Shown: positions 19,804 through 29,743 of the stretch, in pieces
Numbering within the stretch: position 1 is the stretch's first letter
Layout: each line of letters opens with the position of its first letter
Source: Phycisphaerales bacterium
GTDB lineage: Bacteria; Planctomycetota; Phycisphaerae; UBA1845
Length of the DNA: 64,000 nt
Assembly: GCA_020639095.1 (NCBI GenBank)
Contig: JACKHH010000005.1
Span: 56,574-120,573, forward strand
Direction of reading: 5' to 3'
Translations under genes and position numbers: made by a program
Notes under the pieces: model-generated
The model's input: only the letters and a program-made list of their open reading frames with translations
The model's database searches: none
Told to the model about the DNA's origin: nothing

Positions 19804-19916
19804 TCCTGAATACGGAGCAACCAGCCCGACGAGTTTACTGCGCAGCAGCGCAAAGCATTACACGCGGAGGACACGCGCTGCCACCAGCCAAATGCACGCG
19901 GCGGCTGGCAATAACC

Positions 19917-22859
19917 TTAGCGATAGGCTTCGATCATCGCATAGACGATCAGAACGACTAGCGTCAACCCGATCAGCAGGGCGGTGGCCCCGAATATCTT
20001 GATCACCCGCAACGCCAGCGGCGACGGCGGATCGACCATGCGTTTGTCCAACTGGCCGCTCTCGACCATCTGCTGGTATTCCAGCGGGCGTTCGTGCTTC
20101 AACTCCGCCAGTGGCATTCTGCCGGTGAAGATCACCGTGTCCATCGGGAACTTCTCCGGACGCAGATTCGCGTTGAAGAAGTGGATGGTGAAGATGAATC
20201 CCGTCGCGAGCAGCGCCTCGTCGCTGTGGATGATCGTCGCGACGTTGATCAGCCAACCCGGCAGCACGTACGTGAACACCTCGGGGAACCAGAGGAACAC
20301 ACCGGTTGACCCGATGATCGCGATACCCCAGAACACCGCGAAGTAGTCGAACTTTTCCCAATAGGTCCAGCGGCCGTAATCGGGTTTGGGACCTCGGCCG
20401 ATGAACCACTTCATCGTCGCGAAGAACTCGCCAATGTCGCTGAATCGCGGCACGATCGACTCAGGACCGAAGATAAACGACCAGAGCGTCTTACCGCTTT
20501 CGATGTAGCGCTTGCGCAGGTCCCAGAGGTGGAAGACGAACAGCGTGAACATCGCCACCGCGCAGGTGCGGTGAATGAAACCAGCCGACTCGAACCCGCC
20601 CAACGCACGCGAGAGCGCCACCGCCCAACGCGTATAGCTGAACTTGAGCATCATGCCGGTAATCGCGAGCCCAAAGAAGCTCAGGATCATCACCAGGTGC
20701 ATGATCCGCACCTTGGGGACGAAGCGCATGTACTGCTTTGTCGTGGTGATGGTCAGTGCAGCCTCGGCTTGGCGAAGTTCCTTCCGCATGCGCCACGACC
20801 GTGGCAACCAAATCAGCGTGTGCAGCCCGAAGAATCCAAACGTGCCCACCAGCAGCGTCGTCATGCCCCAGAAGGCGTAGTACAACGCGGGGTACTTCTT
20901 CGGATCGTGATGCGTGGCGTGTGTCAGGTACCCCGCGAACTGGCGATGTGCGCCCGGGTGACATTGGGCGCAGGTCGCGACGATGTTGTCATGACTCAGC
21001 CGCGACTTGGGATCGGTCACGCGCAGGATGTCGTGCGCGCCGTGGCAGTCCTGGCACTTCGCGGTCTCGGCTTCCCCGAGCAGCGACACCTTGCCGTGAT
21101 ACGTGTCGTTGAAGTACGACTCGGTCAATTCCTGGTGACACTTGCCACACTGATCCATGATCGACAGCTTGAAATCGTTCTCGTCGGTGCGCGAGATCGA
21201 GTGCGGCGAATGGCAATCATTGCAACGCGGCAGGGCAGACATGCCCTGAAGCTGCGTATACTCCGGGTTGCCCGTCGGCGAGTGTACGCTGGTCGAGTAC
21301 TTGTCGTAGATGCCGTGGTGACACTCACCGCAAGTGGCTGCGATGTGGTCGGGGTTCACGCTGGCGGCTGGGTCGCTCGCGGGCAGCGCGCGGTGCGCGG
21401 TGTGGCAGCTCGTGCACGTCGCGGTCACGGTGAGCCCGCTCTCGAGCAGACCCTTGCCGTGGATGCTCATCGTGTAGTTCTGGACGATGTTGTGCTGTTC
21501 TCCGAGGTAGCGGACGGCGGCTTTTCCGCCTTCGCGGTGACACTTTCCGCAAAGCGTGGGCACGTTGATCGCGAAGGTTGGCGATTCGCGTACTTTGGCT
21601 TGCAGGATGGTCGGCGCGTCGTCTTTGATGCTGTGCTCAAGAATGCCGTGCGTTCCGTGGCAATCGGCACAGGCGGGTGCGTTGGGATCACCCTTCGCGT
21701 GCAGCGTGCCGTGAACGCTCATCTCATAGTCTGATACCGCAGCTTCATGGCAAATGGCGCAATCGACCTTCTGTTCGAGCGAGGCACAGGGACGCGTCGG
21801 GTCCGACGGATCGACACCCGTGTGACACTGCGCACACGCAACAACCTTTCGCCCGTGAATCGACTCCGCGTACTCTTCCGGATTCACGAACAGCGATTTG
21901 CCATCGGCGGTCGCGACAAGTTCCGGATCGCGGTGGCAGTGCAGACAGTCCGCATTCGCAAGACCGGTGTCATACGATGCTTTGCGGGCTTCGTGTGGTG
22001 AGTGGCACTCGACGCAGTTGGGAATCTTGTTCGGTTCCTTCTCCCACATCGAGCCGCGAATGATCTTGCGGTGTACGTTCTCAATGATGCCGTGACACTT
22101 CATGCACGTCGCGGTTACGTTCTCCTTCGAGATCGACGACTTGGGATCGTCGTGCGGGAGCACGTGGTGGCCCGTGTGACAACTGGTGCAGACCGCCGTC
22201 ACCACGAGCCCCTGTTTGAACAAGCCCTCGCCGTGGATGCTCTGCGTGTAGCGTTTGAGAATCTGATCCTGCGGAATGTCGTACGCACGCTCGACCGGTG
22301 CGCCTTCCGCGTGGCACTGTGCGCACATCTGCGGGACGTTGAACGGGGCGACGGCTGACTTCGGATCGGACAGCGGGACGATGTAGTGGTTGCCGTGGCA
22401 ATCCTGGCAGCGCGGCGCGAGCGGGTCTTCTTCCTCAAGACGCTGGCCGTGAATGCTCTCCGCGAACTCCTCTGCCGCTTCGTCGTGACACATCGTGCAA
22501 TCGACGCGCGCGAGATCGAACTTGTGCGGTAGCTCGGTGTCTTCGAGATCCTCGTGGCAGGTCACGCAGTCGAGGTCGGCGTGTACCGACTTGTTGAACT
22601 GCTCGAGGTCAACGAACAGCGAAACCTGACGATCCCCGCGCGTGCCCACGAGATTGCGGTCGCGCCCGTGACATTCCAGGCAGAACGCGTTGTCCTGGGC
22701 GAAGGCTGAGTTCGTCGATGCAGTCAGCGCGACGACTACGGCAGCACACGCCAATTGACACGGGGTAAGTCGAAAAGCAGGGATCCGCATGGGCATCTCT
22801 TGCGCTGGTCGTGGTTGATACGTGCAACAGTACGGGCGAACGCGGCCCGGCGGTTGCAC
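19917..22859 (-). CDS. CbcL-like fusion protein: N-terminal 19-heme c-type cytochrome domain plus C-terminal diheme cytochrome b (HydC/FdnI-like) membrane domain
   Basis: Signal peptide. Nineteen CxxCH sites counted by eye. The C-terminal roughly 330 aa carry 5-6 TM helices with conserved His residues, as in cytochrome b subunits of formate dehydrogenase and hydrogenase. Overall architecture matches Geobacter CbcL, but with many more hemes. Confidence 0.75.
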   Translation of the reverse strand: MQPPGRVRPYCCTYQPRPAQEMPMRIPAFRLTPCQLACAAVVVALTASTNSAFAQDNAFCLECHGRDRNLVGTRGDRQVSLFVDLEQFNKSVHADLDCVTCHEDLEDTELPHKFDLARVDCTMCHDEAAEEFAESIHGQRLEEEDPLAPRCQDCHGNHYIVPLSDPKSAVAPFNVPQMCAQCHAEGAPVERAYDIPQDQILKRYTQSIHGEGLFKQGLVVTAVCTSCHTGHHVLPHDDPKSSISKENVTATCMKCHGIIENVHRKIIRGSMWEKEPNKIPNCVECHSPHEARKASYDTGLANADCLHCHRDPELVATADGKSLFVNPEEYAESIHGRKVVACAQCHTGVDPSDPTRPCASLEQKVDCAICHEAAVSDYEMSVHGTLHAKGDPNAPACADCHGTHGILEHSIKDDAPTILQAKVRESPTFAINVPTLCGKCHREGGKAAVRYLGEQHNIVQNYTMSIHGKGLLESGLTVTATCTSCHTAHRALPASDPAASVNPDHIAATCGECHHGIYDKYSTSVHSPTGNPEYTQLQGMSALPRCNDCHSPHSISRTDENDFKLSIMDQCGKCHQELTESYFNDTYHGKVSLLGEAETAKCQDCHGAHDILRVTDPKSRLSHDNIVATCAQCHPGAHRQFAGYLTHATHHDPKKYPALYYAFWGMTTLLVGTFGFFGLHTLIWLPRSWRMRKELRQAEAALTITTTKQYMRFVPKVRIMHLVMILSFFGLAITGMMLKFSYTRWAVALSRALGGFESAGFIHRTCAVAMFTLFVFHLWDLRKRYIESGKTLWSFIFGPESIVPRFSDIGEFFATMKWFIGRGPKPDYGRWTYWEKFDYFAVFWGIAIIGSTGVFLWFPEVFTYVLPGWLINVATIIHSDEALLATGFIFTIHFFNANLRPEKFPMDTVIFTGRMPLAELKHERPLEYQQMVESGQLDKRMVDPPSPLALRVIKIFGATALLIGLTLVVLIVYAMIEAYR

Positions 22860-22930
22860 CGGCCCGGTATCGTTGACGAATCCGCGCGATTTCGCAACCG
22901 CTAAATCACCGCCGGCGGCCCGTTCGCCGA

Positions 22931-24940
22931 CTAGTGCTCGTGCTCCTCTTCGTCGTGGCTTCCGAGCGCGTTGTCTTCAACTTCCTCTTCCAGACGCGGT
23001 CGAAACTTTCGGCCCTTGAGTCGCGGCCCATCGGGATGCTCGTGGTCGTACATCACCTTCGACATGCGCCCCGCAAGCCACGCGGTATTCATCGGGTAAA
23101 CCGTCGGTTTGAAGACGGTGTGGTAAACGTGCCAGACGAGAATCGCCAGCGTCGCGAGCCACGCTTCGTAGTAGTGAATCACGAGCATGACGTCGAGGAA
23201 GCCTTTCGGCAGGCCCAGGCGGTTGGCGAGATAGTCAAACCAGAGAAAGATGCCGGTGCCCGTCATGATGATTGTACCCCAGACGAGCGCCCAGTATTCC
23301 GCCTTCTCCATGTAGCTGAAACGCTTGTACTTCGGCTCTTCCGCGCGGAGGCCGAGGAAGTACAGCGAGTTTTGCCAAACGTGGGTGAAGTCGGACATCG
23401 CCAGCACCATGTCGCGCACCCAATGACGCCCGCGGTGCGTGAACATGTAGAACAGGTGCCAGATCGACGTCGCCGTCATCACCACGGCGGCTCCACGATG
23501 AATATCACCGCGAATCTCGAATCCGCCTTCCCAACCAAAGATCAGCCGGGACCACCACGATTCCGAGAAGCGCAACGAGAAGCCGGTGATTACCAGTACG
23601 ATGAACGACACCATCAGCGCCCAGTGCTGCATCACTTCGTTCATGCTCAGGCGCTGCACGTGGGGGAGTTTCTTCGCGTCGCGCACCTTGCGGAACCAGT
23701 CGCCGATGTTGTGCAGCAACATCAAGCCGATCGTGGCCACGATGAGTACGATGTACAGCTTGCGGAAGAACTCCGCCCAACCAGTGTGCAGACCGGCACC
23801 GGTTTCGTGAATCTTCGTCTGAGCAAGGTCCTCGGTGATGCCCGGGTGACACTTGCCGCAGGTGTGCCGCAGGTTCGACGCGTTAATCGATGACGTCGGG
23901 TCGGTGGAAGGCAGGATGCGGTGCGCGCCGTGGCACGACGAACAGTTCGCCACTTTGAGGTCACCGGCTTTGCTCTTCAAACCGTGATAGCTGTCGATGT
24001 ACGACGCCAAGCGCCCGCCCGGCAAGCCGAATTTCTCATTGAGCACCGCCGATTCGTGGCAGGGGGCGCAGGTCTGCTCAGCAACGTGCGTGGGGCTGAC
24101 TGGCGAATTGGGATCGTCCGGCGGAATGATGCCATGCTCGCCGTGACAGGTGGTACACACCGGGGCAGCCATTTCGCCGCGTGCGACGAACTGCCCGTGG
24201 ATGCCTTCCCAAAAATCCCGCGATATCGGCTTGTGACATTTGCCGCAGGTGTCGGGAATGTTGAAGTGATACGTCGTCGATTCGGGGTCGCGCGGCGAGA
24301 GGATACGGTGCGCACTGGGCGCGCCGTCCGGGCCGGGCGATGAGTGGCAATCGTTGCACGTCGCGGAAAGGTAGATGCCTTTCTCCGTCGTGGCTTGGCC
24401 GTGTACGCTGCTTTCGTACATCTCGACCGGGCCGGCGCGCAGCACCTCGTGCTTGGCCAGCATGTTCAGGTTCGTATGGCACTTCAGGCACGTCTTCGGC
24501 AGGTTCACCGGGTGTACGCGCGAACGCTGATCCGCCACCGGCAGAATGTCGTGGTGACCGTGGCAATCCCAGCATTCGGGGATGTCGGGGTCGGTGTGAA
24601 CTTCGAGGCGACCGTGCTTCTTGTAGACCTCGGATTCGTCTTCGTGGCACTCCGCGCAGCCAATCAACTGAATGTCGCCGTGCGGGTGTTCGGATTCGAG
24701 GTTGACGTTGTCGGCGTCGATGTCACCGTGGCAGTCGTCGCATGACAGGTCGGAGTGAATCGACTTCGCGAGCAATTCCGCCGGCGGGCCGATCTCACGC
24801 GAAACCGCCTGGCTGTGGCACTTCGCGCAGCCTTCCAACTCCTGCTCCGGCTCGGCGAAAACCGGAGCGGCGAGGATGAGGGTCAGGATGATGGCTGGGG
24901 GAATCCATCGCGGGGAATGACGCAACTTCAAAAGGCTCAT
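22931..24940 (-). CDS. CbcL-like fusion protein: 11-heme c-type cytochrome domain plus C-terminal cytochrome b membrane domain
   Basis: Signal MSLLKLRHSPRWIPPAIILTLILAAPVFA. Eleven CxxCH sites. The C-terminal TM-rich domain is paralogous to that of the 19917-22859 protein. Acidic His-rich C-terminal tail (HDEEEHEH). Confidence 0.75.
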   Translation of the reverse strand: MSLLKLRHSPRWIPPAIILTLILAAPVFAEPEQELEGCAKCHSQAVSREIGPPAELLAKSIHSDLSCDDCHGDIDADNVNLESEHPHGDIQLIGCAECHEDESEVYKKHGRLEVHTDPDIPECWDCHGHHDILPVADQRSRVHPVNLPKTCLKCHTNLNMLAKHEVLRAGPVEMYESSVHGQATTEKGIYLSATCNDCHSSPGPDGAPSAHRILSPRDPESTTYHFNIPDTCGKCHKPISRDFWEGIHGQFVARGEMAAPVCTTCHGEHGIIPPDDPNSPVSPTHVAEQTCAPCHESAVLNEKFGLPGGRLASYIDSYHGLKSKAGDLKVANCSSCHGAHRILPSTDPTSSINASNLRHTCGKCHPGITEDLAQTKIHETGAGLHTGWAEFFRKLYIVLIVATIGLMLLHNIGDWFRKVRDAKKLPHVQRLSMNEVMQHWALMVSFIVLVITGFSLRFSESWWSRLIFGWEGGFEIRGDIHRGAAVVMTATSIWHLFYMFTHRGRHWVRDMVLAMSDFTHVWQNSLYFLGLRAEEPKYKRFSYMEKAEYWALVWGTIIMTGTGIFLWFDYLANRLGLPKGFLDVMLVIHYYEAWLATLAILVWHVYHTVFKPTVYPMNTAWLAGRMSKVMYDHEHPDGPRLKGRKFRPRLEEEVEDNALGSHDEEEHEH

Positions 24941-25219
24941 GATGCGCTCCGAACTCGTTGGCGCTTAGCAACTTACGAACCGGCCGGACAACTTTGGCGG
25001 ACCCTCCGGCCACCCGCCGATTCTAGATGGGTCATCGGATTCGGCTGTCAGAAAAGTTTGTTCTCGGCCCCTGGAGCGGGGTTTTCGTGGCGATGTTAAA
25101 CTTGCCGGACAGTCCGCGCTGGTGGAAAATGATCACATCGACCGCAGCTTGCGGATTTCCCGGAAACAAAAGCTCGATAGAATCGTCATATCCTACGGAA
25201 CGGGTCGGCCGACGGAGAC

Positions 25220-26308
25220 GTGATCGTGAAAGCTGGACGAGTTCAAGTCATCGCGCTGCTGGTGACGGTGGTGGCATGCGCGGCTGGGCGGACGGTACAT
25301 GCAACGGAAGTATTCGATTCCATCGACGCTGCGATGGACTACGCCAACACCGCATTGGCGCAAGATGAGAGCGAGCGACTCGGCGCGATTGTCATCTCGG
25401 TGGATGCCGACATCGACGAACCCGCGAGCGTGAACTGCGAATTCCGCATCTGGGCGGGTCGGCGATACCAGTCATTCAGAACCGATCAGGTGCTGGTGGA
25501 GGTCGGGAGTTGGGGGCCGGACTGCGGCGTGCGCCTGCGCGTGCCCGGTTTCCATGAGGTTGAGCGCAAGTTCGGCGTTATGCCCGGCGAGGTGCTCGTG
25601 CTTGAGGGCTTGCGGTTGGAGCAGGTCACCGAAGCCGATGCGGTGGACATCACCGGACTCGTCAAACTCGAAGACGACGCCAGTCCCGCGGGCGTTGATG
25701 TTCGCATCGGTGAAACGCGCGTGAAGACGGATGCGTACGGGCGTTTTCGCTTCCCGGGCTTGGGCGCGGGTGAGATTCGCGTTTCGGCGTACGCACCGGG
25801 ATTCGTCGGTATGTACGACACCATCGAAGCCAAACGCGGCGAGCGCAACTTCGTGATGCTCACCGGCTGGCAACCGCGGCGCGCCTACGTGCACTGGGGC
25901 TATCAACCGGATGGCAGCCACGATCTGAGTCGTGGCCTTGAAGAGGGTTACGCGATCATCTCCGACCAGGATATCGATCGAGTCAGCTTTGCAGAAGGTT
26001 TTAAAGATGTCCGCGGCGAGAGCGACTTCGCGGTCATGCAGCGTAAGGATCGCCTGATCATTCGCAACTTCGATGTCGGGAAAGGCAGGCCGGGCATTTT
26101 GCGGCTCGCTGAAACCAGCTTCGATGAAGTGGTGCAAGCGCCGGATGTGCCGTATCCGGAAAAGGACTACCCGCTGGACGAAGGGGATGTTTTCGTCTTC
26201 AAGTGCTATGACGGCGAGCACTACGCCAAGATCGAAGTCCTGCAACTCTTCGACAACGAAGAGGACTACGCGCGCGTGGTCAGCGACATGGCTCGTGGCG
26301 AACACTGA
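25220..26308 (+). CDS. Secreted hypothetical protein with a carboxypeptidase-regulatory-like (CarboxypepD_reg-type) beta-sandwich segment
   Basis: Probable GTG start at 25226, preceded by GGAGA. Signal VQVIALLVTVVACAAGRTVHA. Segment TDAYGRFRFPGLGAGEIRVSAYAPGF resembles CarboxypepD_reg folds. No catalytic motifs were recognised. Confidence 0.55.
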   Translation: MIVKAGRVQVIALLVTVVACAAGRTVHATEVFDSIDAAMDYANTALAQDESERLGAIVISVDADIDEPASVNCEFRIWAGRRYQSFRTDQVLVEVGSWGPDCGVRLRVPGFHEVERKFGVMPGEVLVLEGLRLEQVTEADAVDITGLVKLEDDASPAGVDVRIGETRVKTDAYGRFRFPGLGAGEIRVSAYAPGFVGMYDTIEAKRGERNFVMLTGWQPRRAYVHWGYQPDGSHDLSRGLEEGYAIISDQDIDRVSFAEGFKDVRGESDFAVMQRKDRLIIRNFDVGKGRPGILRLAETSFDEVVQAPDVPYPEKDYPLDEGDVFVFKCYDGEHYAKIEVLQLFDNEEDYARVVSDMARGEH

Positions 26309-26354
26309 CTCGCGTCGTTCGGCGCATCACTCCGTTAACTGAACACCTACTCCG

Positions 26355-26903
26355 TTACTTGAACACCTGATGGCACACCCACACGGCTGCCAGGATTCCA
26401 GCCAGGTCGGCGAGCAGGCCCGCGACCATTGCGTGACGCGTCTTCTTAATGCCCACCGATCCGAAGTAGAGCGCGAGGATGTAGAACGTGGTGTCGGTGC
26501 TGCCGAACATCGTCGACGCCACCTTCGCGTCGAACGAATCCGGATTCGCCTGGATGACTTCCGCGACGAGCCCCAGGCTGCCTGAACCCGAGAGCGGCTT
26601 CATCAGCGCGACGGGCACTACGTCAGCCGGCATGCCGATGCTCAGCGTCCACGGCGCGATCAGATCGGAGATGTAGTCCAGCGCTCCCGACGCGCGAAAC
26701 ACGCCGATGCCCACCAGGATCGCGATGATGTACGGCAGGATTTGCAGGAAAATCTCAAAGCCTTCCTTGCCGCCTTCGGTGAACGACTCGTACACCTTCA
26801 CGCGCTTGCACATCGCATAGCCGATGATCATGAAGAACAGCAGCGGGATGGTGAGCATCGACACCTGATTGACGACCAGCTTGAACATGTTCGCGGCGAT
26901 CAT
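26355..26903 (-). CDS. SpmB-like nucleoside-recognition (Gate) domain membrane protein
   Basis: Hydrophobic 182-aa protein whose sequence resembles spore-maturation protein B / YjiG-family proteins. Overlaps the upstream partner by 4 nt. Confidence 0.6.
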   Translation of the reverse strand: MIAANMFKLVVNQVSMLTIPLLFFMIIGYAMCKRVKVYESFTEGGKEGFEIFLQILPYIIAILVGIGVFRASGALDYISDLIAPWTLSIGMPADVVPVALMKPLSGSGSLGLVAEVIQANPDSFDAKVASTMFGSTDTTFYILALYFGSVGIKKTRHAMVAGLLADLAGILAAVWVCHQVFK

Positions 26904-27883
26904 GCGTCCACCTCCTGGCTGCTCGTGCCTTCGCCGCCCGACTCAGCCAGCGCGGCTTGCACGGCGAAGAAGGGCAGGCGACCGAGCAGCTTCGCAGCGA
27001 TGATTGCGGTGACGGTGGCTGTTCCGCCCGCGACCATACACGTTCCGATGATCTCGAACGGATTGCTGCAACCGGCGCTCTGACGCACGGCCAGCAGCGT
27101 CGTCGGGATCATCGCAAAGCCAGCCGTGTTGATCGCGAGCAGCATCACCTGTGCGTTCGTCGCAACGTGCTTGTGCGGGTTGAGCGACTGAAGGTGCTTC
27201 ATCGCCTTCAAGCCGAACGGGGTCGCGGCATTGCCCAGACCGAGCACGTTGCACGTGACGTTCATCAGGATTGCGCCGCTCGCGGGATGATCCTTGGGCA
27301 CGTCGGAAAAGAGAAAGCGGATGATCGGGTGGAACACGCGGGCGACGAGCTGCACGATGCCCGCAGCCTCTCCGACGCGCATCAGCCCGAGGAACAACAC
27401 CATCGTCGCGACGAGGCCCAGCGCGATATCGAAACCGATCTTGGCGTAGTCGAACGCGGCATTGGTGAACGCGGGAAGTGTCACCAGCGTGCCGTGACGC
27501 ACGCCGACGCCATTCACCGCCACGACGTAGTCACCAGCCGCCCGCGAGTCCCAGGTGAGCAGGAAGTGCTCGCCGACCGCCTCCGCTGAAATGAGCCACG
27601 GCTTGTCACCGGATTCCTCTTTCACGCGGGCGGAATCGTCGAAGCTCAGCGCGCCGTTCGCGAGCGTCAGCGCGAACGTGTAATCGGTGGGGGTGTCATC
27701 GCCCGCGAGTTGAATCGTCAGCGCGTTCTCGCCATCGACAAGCCTGTCCGCGGGTAGCACCGTTGACGTAGGCTGATAGTGCTGCACGACGCAAAGCGCG
27801 AATGCGCTGAGGACCATCAAGCCCCAGATCGTGTTGATGTTGAGCAGACCGCGCAACAGTTTGCCAAGAGAACCCATTGCCAC
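26900..27883 (-). CDS. SpmA-like nucleoside-recognition domain membrane protein with an N-terminal soluble extension
   Basis: The C-terminal roughly 180 aa are hydrophobic with motifs resembling the Gate/SpmA family (NVTCNVLGLGNAATPFG). An unusual roughly 110-aa non-membrane segment follows the first TM helix. Start is ATG 27876 or GTG 27883. Confidence 0.55.
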   Translation of the reverse strand: MAMGSLGKLLRGLLNINTIWGLMVLSAFALCVVQHYQPTSTVLPADRLVDGENALTIQLAGDDTPTDYTFALTLANGALSFDDSARVKEESGDKPWLISAEAVGEHFLLTWDSRAAGDYVVAVNGVGVRHGTLVTLPAFTNAAFDYAKIGFDIALGLVATMVLFLGLMRVGEAAGIVQLVARVFHPIIRFLFSDVPKDHPASGAILMNVTCNVLGLGNAATPFGLKAMKHLQSLNPHKHVATNAQVMLLAINTAGFAMIPTTLLAVRQSAGCSNPFEIIGTCMVAGGTATVTAIIAAKLLGRLPFFAVQAALAESGGEGTSSQEVDA

Positions 27884-28054
27884 TATGCCTCCGTCGTGTC
27901 ACGCAACCAAACGCAGCACACCAAGGGAGCCGCGCCGGAAAGAAAGCGGAATCCGAGCCGCGACTGTAAGGGAGCGGAAGAACAAAGAATGCCCGCAACA
28001 GCAGGACAAGTCAAAACAATCGAGAGACGCGCATTCAATGCGCGGAATGAAACC

Positions 28055-29743
28055 CTATCCGAACCGCCGCGCCGCGAGAAACGTCCGCGCACGCTCGACT
28101 GAGTATAAGCGGTCGCCTTCCTGCAAGCTGTCGATGCGCACTTCCGGTGGGCCGCTGTGCATGAAATGCGTAGGGGTAATTGCTACACCGACGTGGTAGA
28201 TTCGCCCACAGTTGTTGATGAAGTAGAGCAGGTCGCCGGGTGCGATCGCGTCGGGATTCCACCGCGTCGCCACCAGTCTGCCGCTAAGGAATTGCTGGCC
28301 CGCGTCACGCGGCAGAGCGAGCCCGCTGCGCAAGCTCGACTTCTGCGCGAGCCCGCTACAGTCCAGACCGATCGGTGATACCCCGCCATAAATGTATGGA
28401 ACGTGCAGCAATTCCAGGGCGGCAGAGATGCGTGCTTCGCCGTTGCGCGACGCATCCTGAATACGCACGTCCCGCGCGCCGACTTCGAGCGGGTCGTCGT
28501 GGGGATGCGTCAGGAGCATGCGCGCATCCGCTTCGCGCGCGATGGGCAGAACGGCTCCTCGTGGAATCCGCCTGCCCCCCAGATCGATATCACGCTGTAG
28601 TACCGCCCTTCGCGTCGCGGTGTAGGGCGCAAAGTCGGCTGCGGTGAGTATTCGCAAACGCTCCTCGCGCACCCAGCCCCAGTAGCCGTCGTCGCCGTGA
28701 ACGAGCAGGAACCCGTCTTTGTGATCGAGCAGGAGGACGGGTTCGCCATAGAGCAGTTGCGAACGCAGGCCAGCCGATTCGGACGGCGCGGCGTAGGTGA
28801 GCGCCATGCTTGCCAAGCATACGGCGAACCGCTCGCCGTTGAGTGCGCCGTCCTCCGGCAGCAGTCGAAGCTCGTTGATGACATTCTCGATGCCCACGCA
28901 GCGCAGCGCGTCGGCGAATGTGTCACGCAGCAGTGCGACGTTGGTTGCGCCGGCAATACGGACGGTGTCGCCTTCAACGGTGACATTAGGTTGGCAGTAA
29001 ACGAACGTGCGATCGGAAAACACCGTGCGGACAAAGGTGTCGCAGAACCACGCGGCGTATTCGATCGGCAGCTTGCCGTGCGGCCAGACACGCTCAGCCG
29101 TTTCCTGCATTTCCTGTTCCGGCGTGCGATCGACGAAACGCGGCACGGGTGTTGCGCTGGGGGAGGCGTGCGGCGTTGCGGCAGCCTGTTTCTGCACAAA
29201 GGCAATCATGCCGCGACAAACCGCCTCCGCGACCTTCTGCGGGATGAGACGTGTTTTTACTTCGCAAGCTTCCGCAGCCGTTGCGGTGATGGCGATACCG
29301 GTGGGCGCGGAGTTAGCTCGCAAGGATACATCGGGTAGGGCGTCAATCGTGTGGAATGCGTCGACGATCGCGGATTCGAGCGGCGACGATTGCGTGCTTC
29401 CGATTCGTGCTTGGACGGTGCACGTGAATTGTGTGTTGTCGGATGGCTCGGATTGGGAAAAGGTAATATCGACGACGACATCATTGCTTTCCGCTCCCTT
29501 ACAGTCGCGGCTCGGATTGTCGTCCGCGCGTGTCATGATGGGGATGCCGCCCGCTTGTTGCGTGAAGTGAAAGAGCACGCCCGCGGTCATGAGCGAAAGG
29601 TCATCAAGTCGCCGTTGCGCCGCGTCATGTGCTCCGCCGCCATTTGCGTCGATCACCACGACTTGTCCGCGCAGCGCATCCGCCTGCGGTCGCCAGGGCC
29701 GCACGTAGGTTTCGATCACGCGTTGAACGTTTTTCGTATCCAT
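28055..29743 (-). CDS. NlpC/P60-family cell-wall peptidase with a long N-terminal extension (possible amidase-like and SH3-like segments)
   Basis: C-terminal NlpC/P60 catalytic signature (LDCSGL...GDLLYF...HVGVAI). Likely starts are ATG 29743 (MDTKN) or 29800 (MPRAV). The 5' part of the track ORF (to 29941) lies in a structured non-coding region. Contains one copy of the 35-nt repeat at 29483-29517. The N-terminal VVVIDANGGG segment is only weakly amidase-3-like. Confidence 0.6.
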   Translation of the reverse strand: MDTKNVQRVIETYVRPWRPQADALRGQVVVIDANGGGAHDAAQRRLDDLSLMTAGVLFHFTQQAGGIPIMTRADDNPSRDCKGAESNDVVVDITFSQSEPSDNTQFTCTVQARIGSTQSSPLESAIVDAFHTIDALPDVSLRANSAPTGIAITATAAEACEVKTRLIPQKVAEAVCRGMIAFVQKQAAATPHASPSATPVPRFVDRTPEQEMQETAERVWPHGKLPIEYAAWFCDTFVRTVFSDRTFVYCQPNVTVEGDTVRIAGATNVALLRDTFADALRCVGIENVINELRLLPEDGALNGERFAVCLASMALTYAAPSESAGLRSQLLYGEPVLLLDHKDGFLLVHGDDGYWGWVREERLRILTAADFAPYTATRRAVLQRDIDLGGRRIPRGAVLPIAREADARMLLTHPHDDPLEVGARDVRIQDASRNGEARISAALELLHVPYIYGGVSPIGLDCSGLAQKSSLRSGLALPRDAGQQFLSGRLVATRWNPDAIAPGDLLYFINNCGRIYHVGVAITPTHFMHSGPPEVRIDSLQEGDRLYSVERARTFLAARRFG

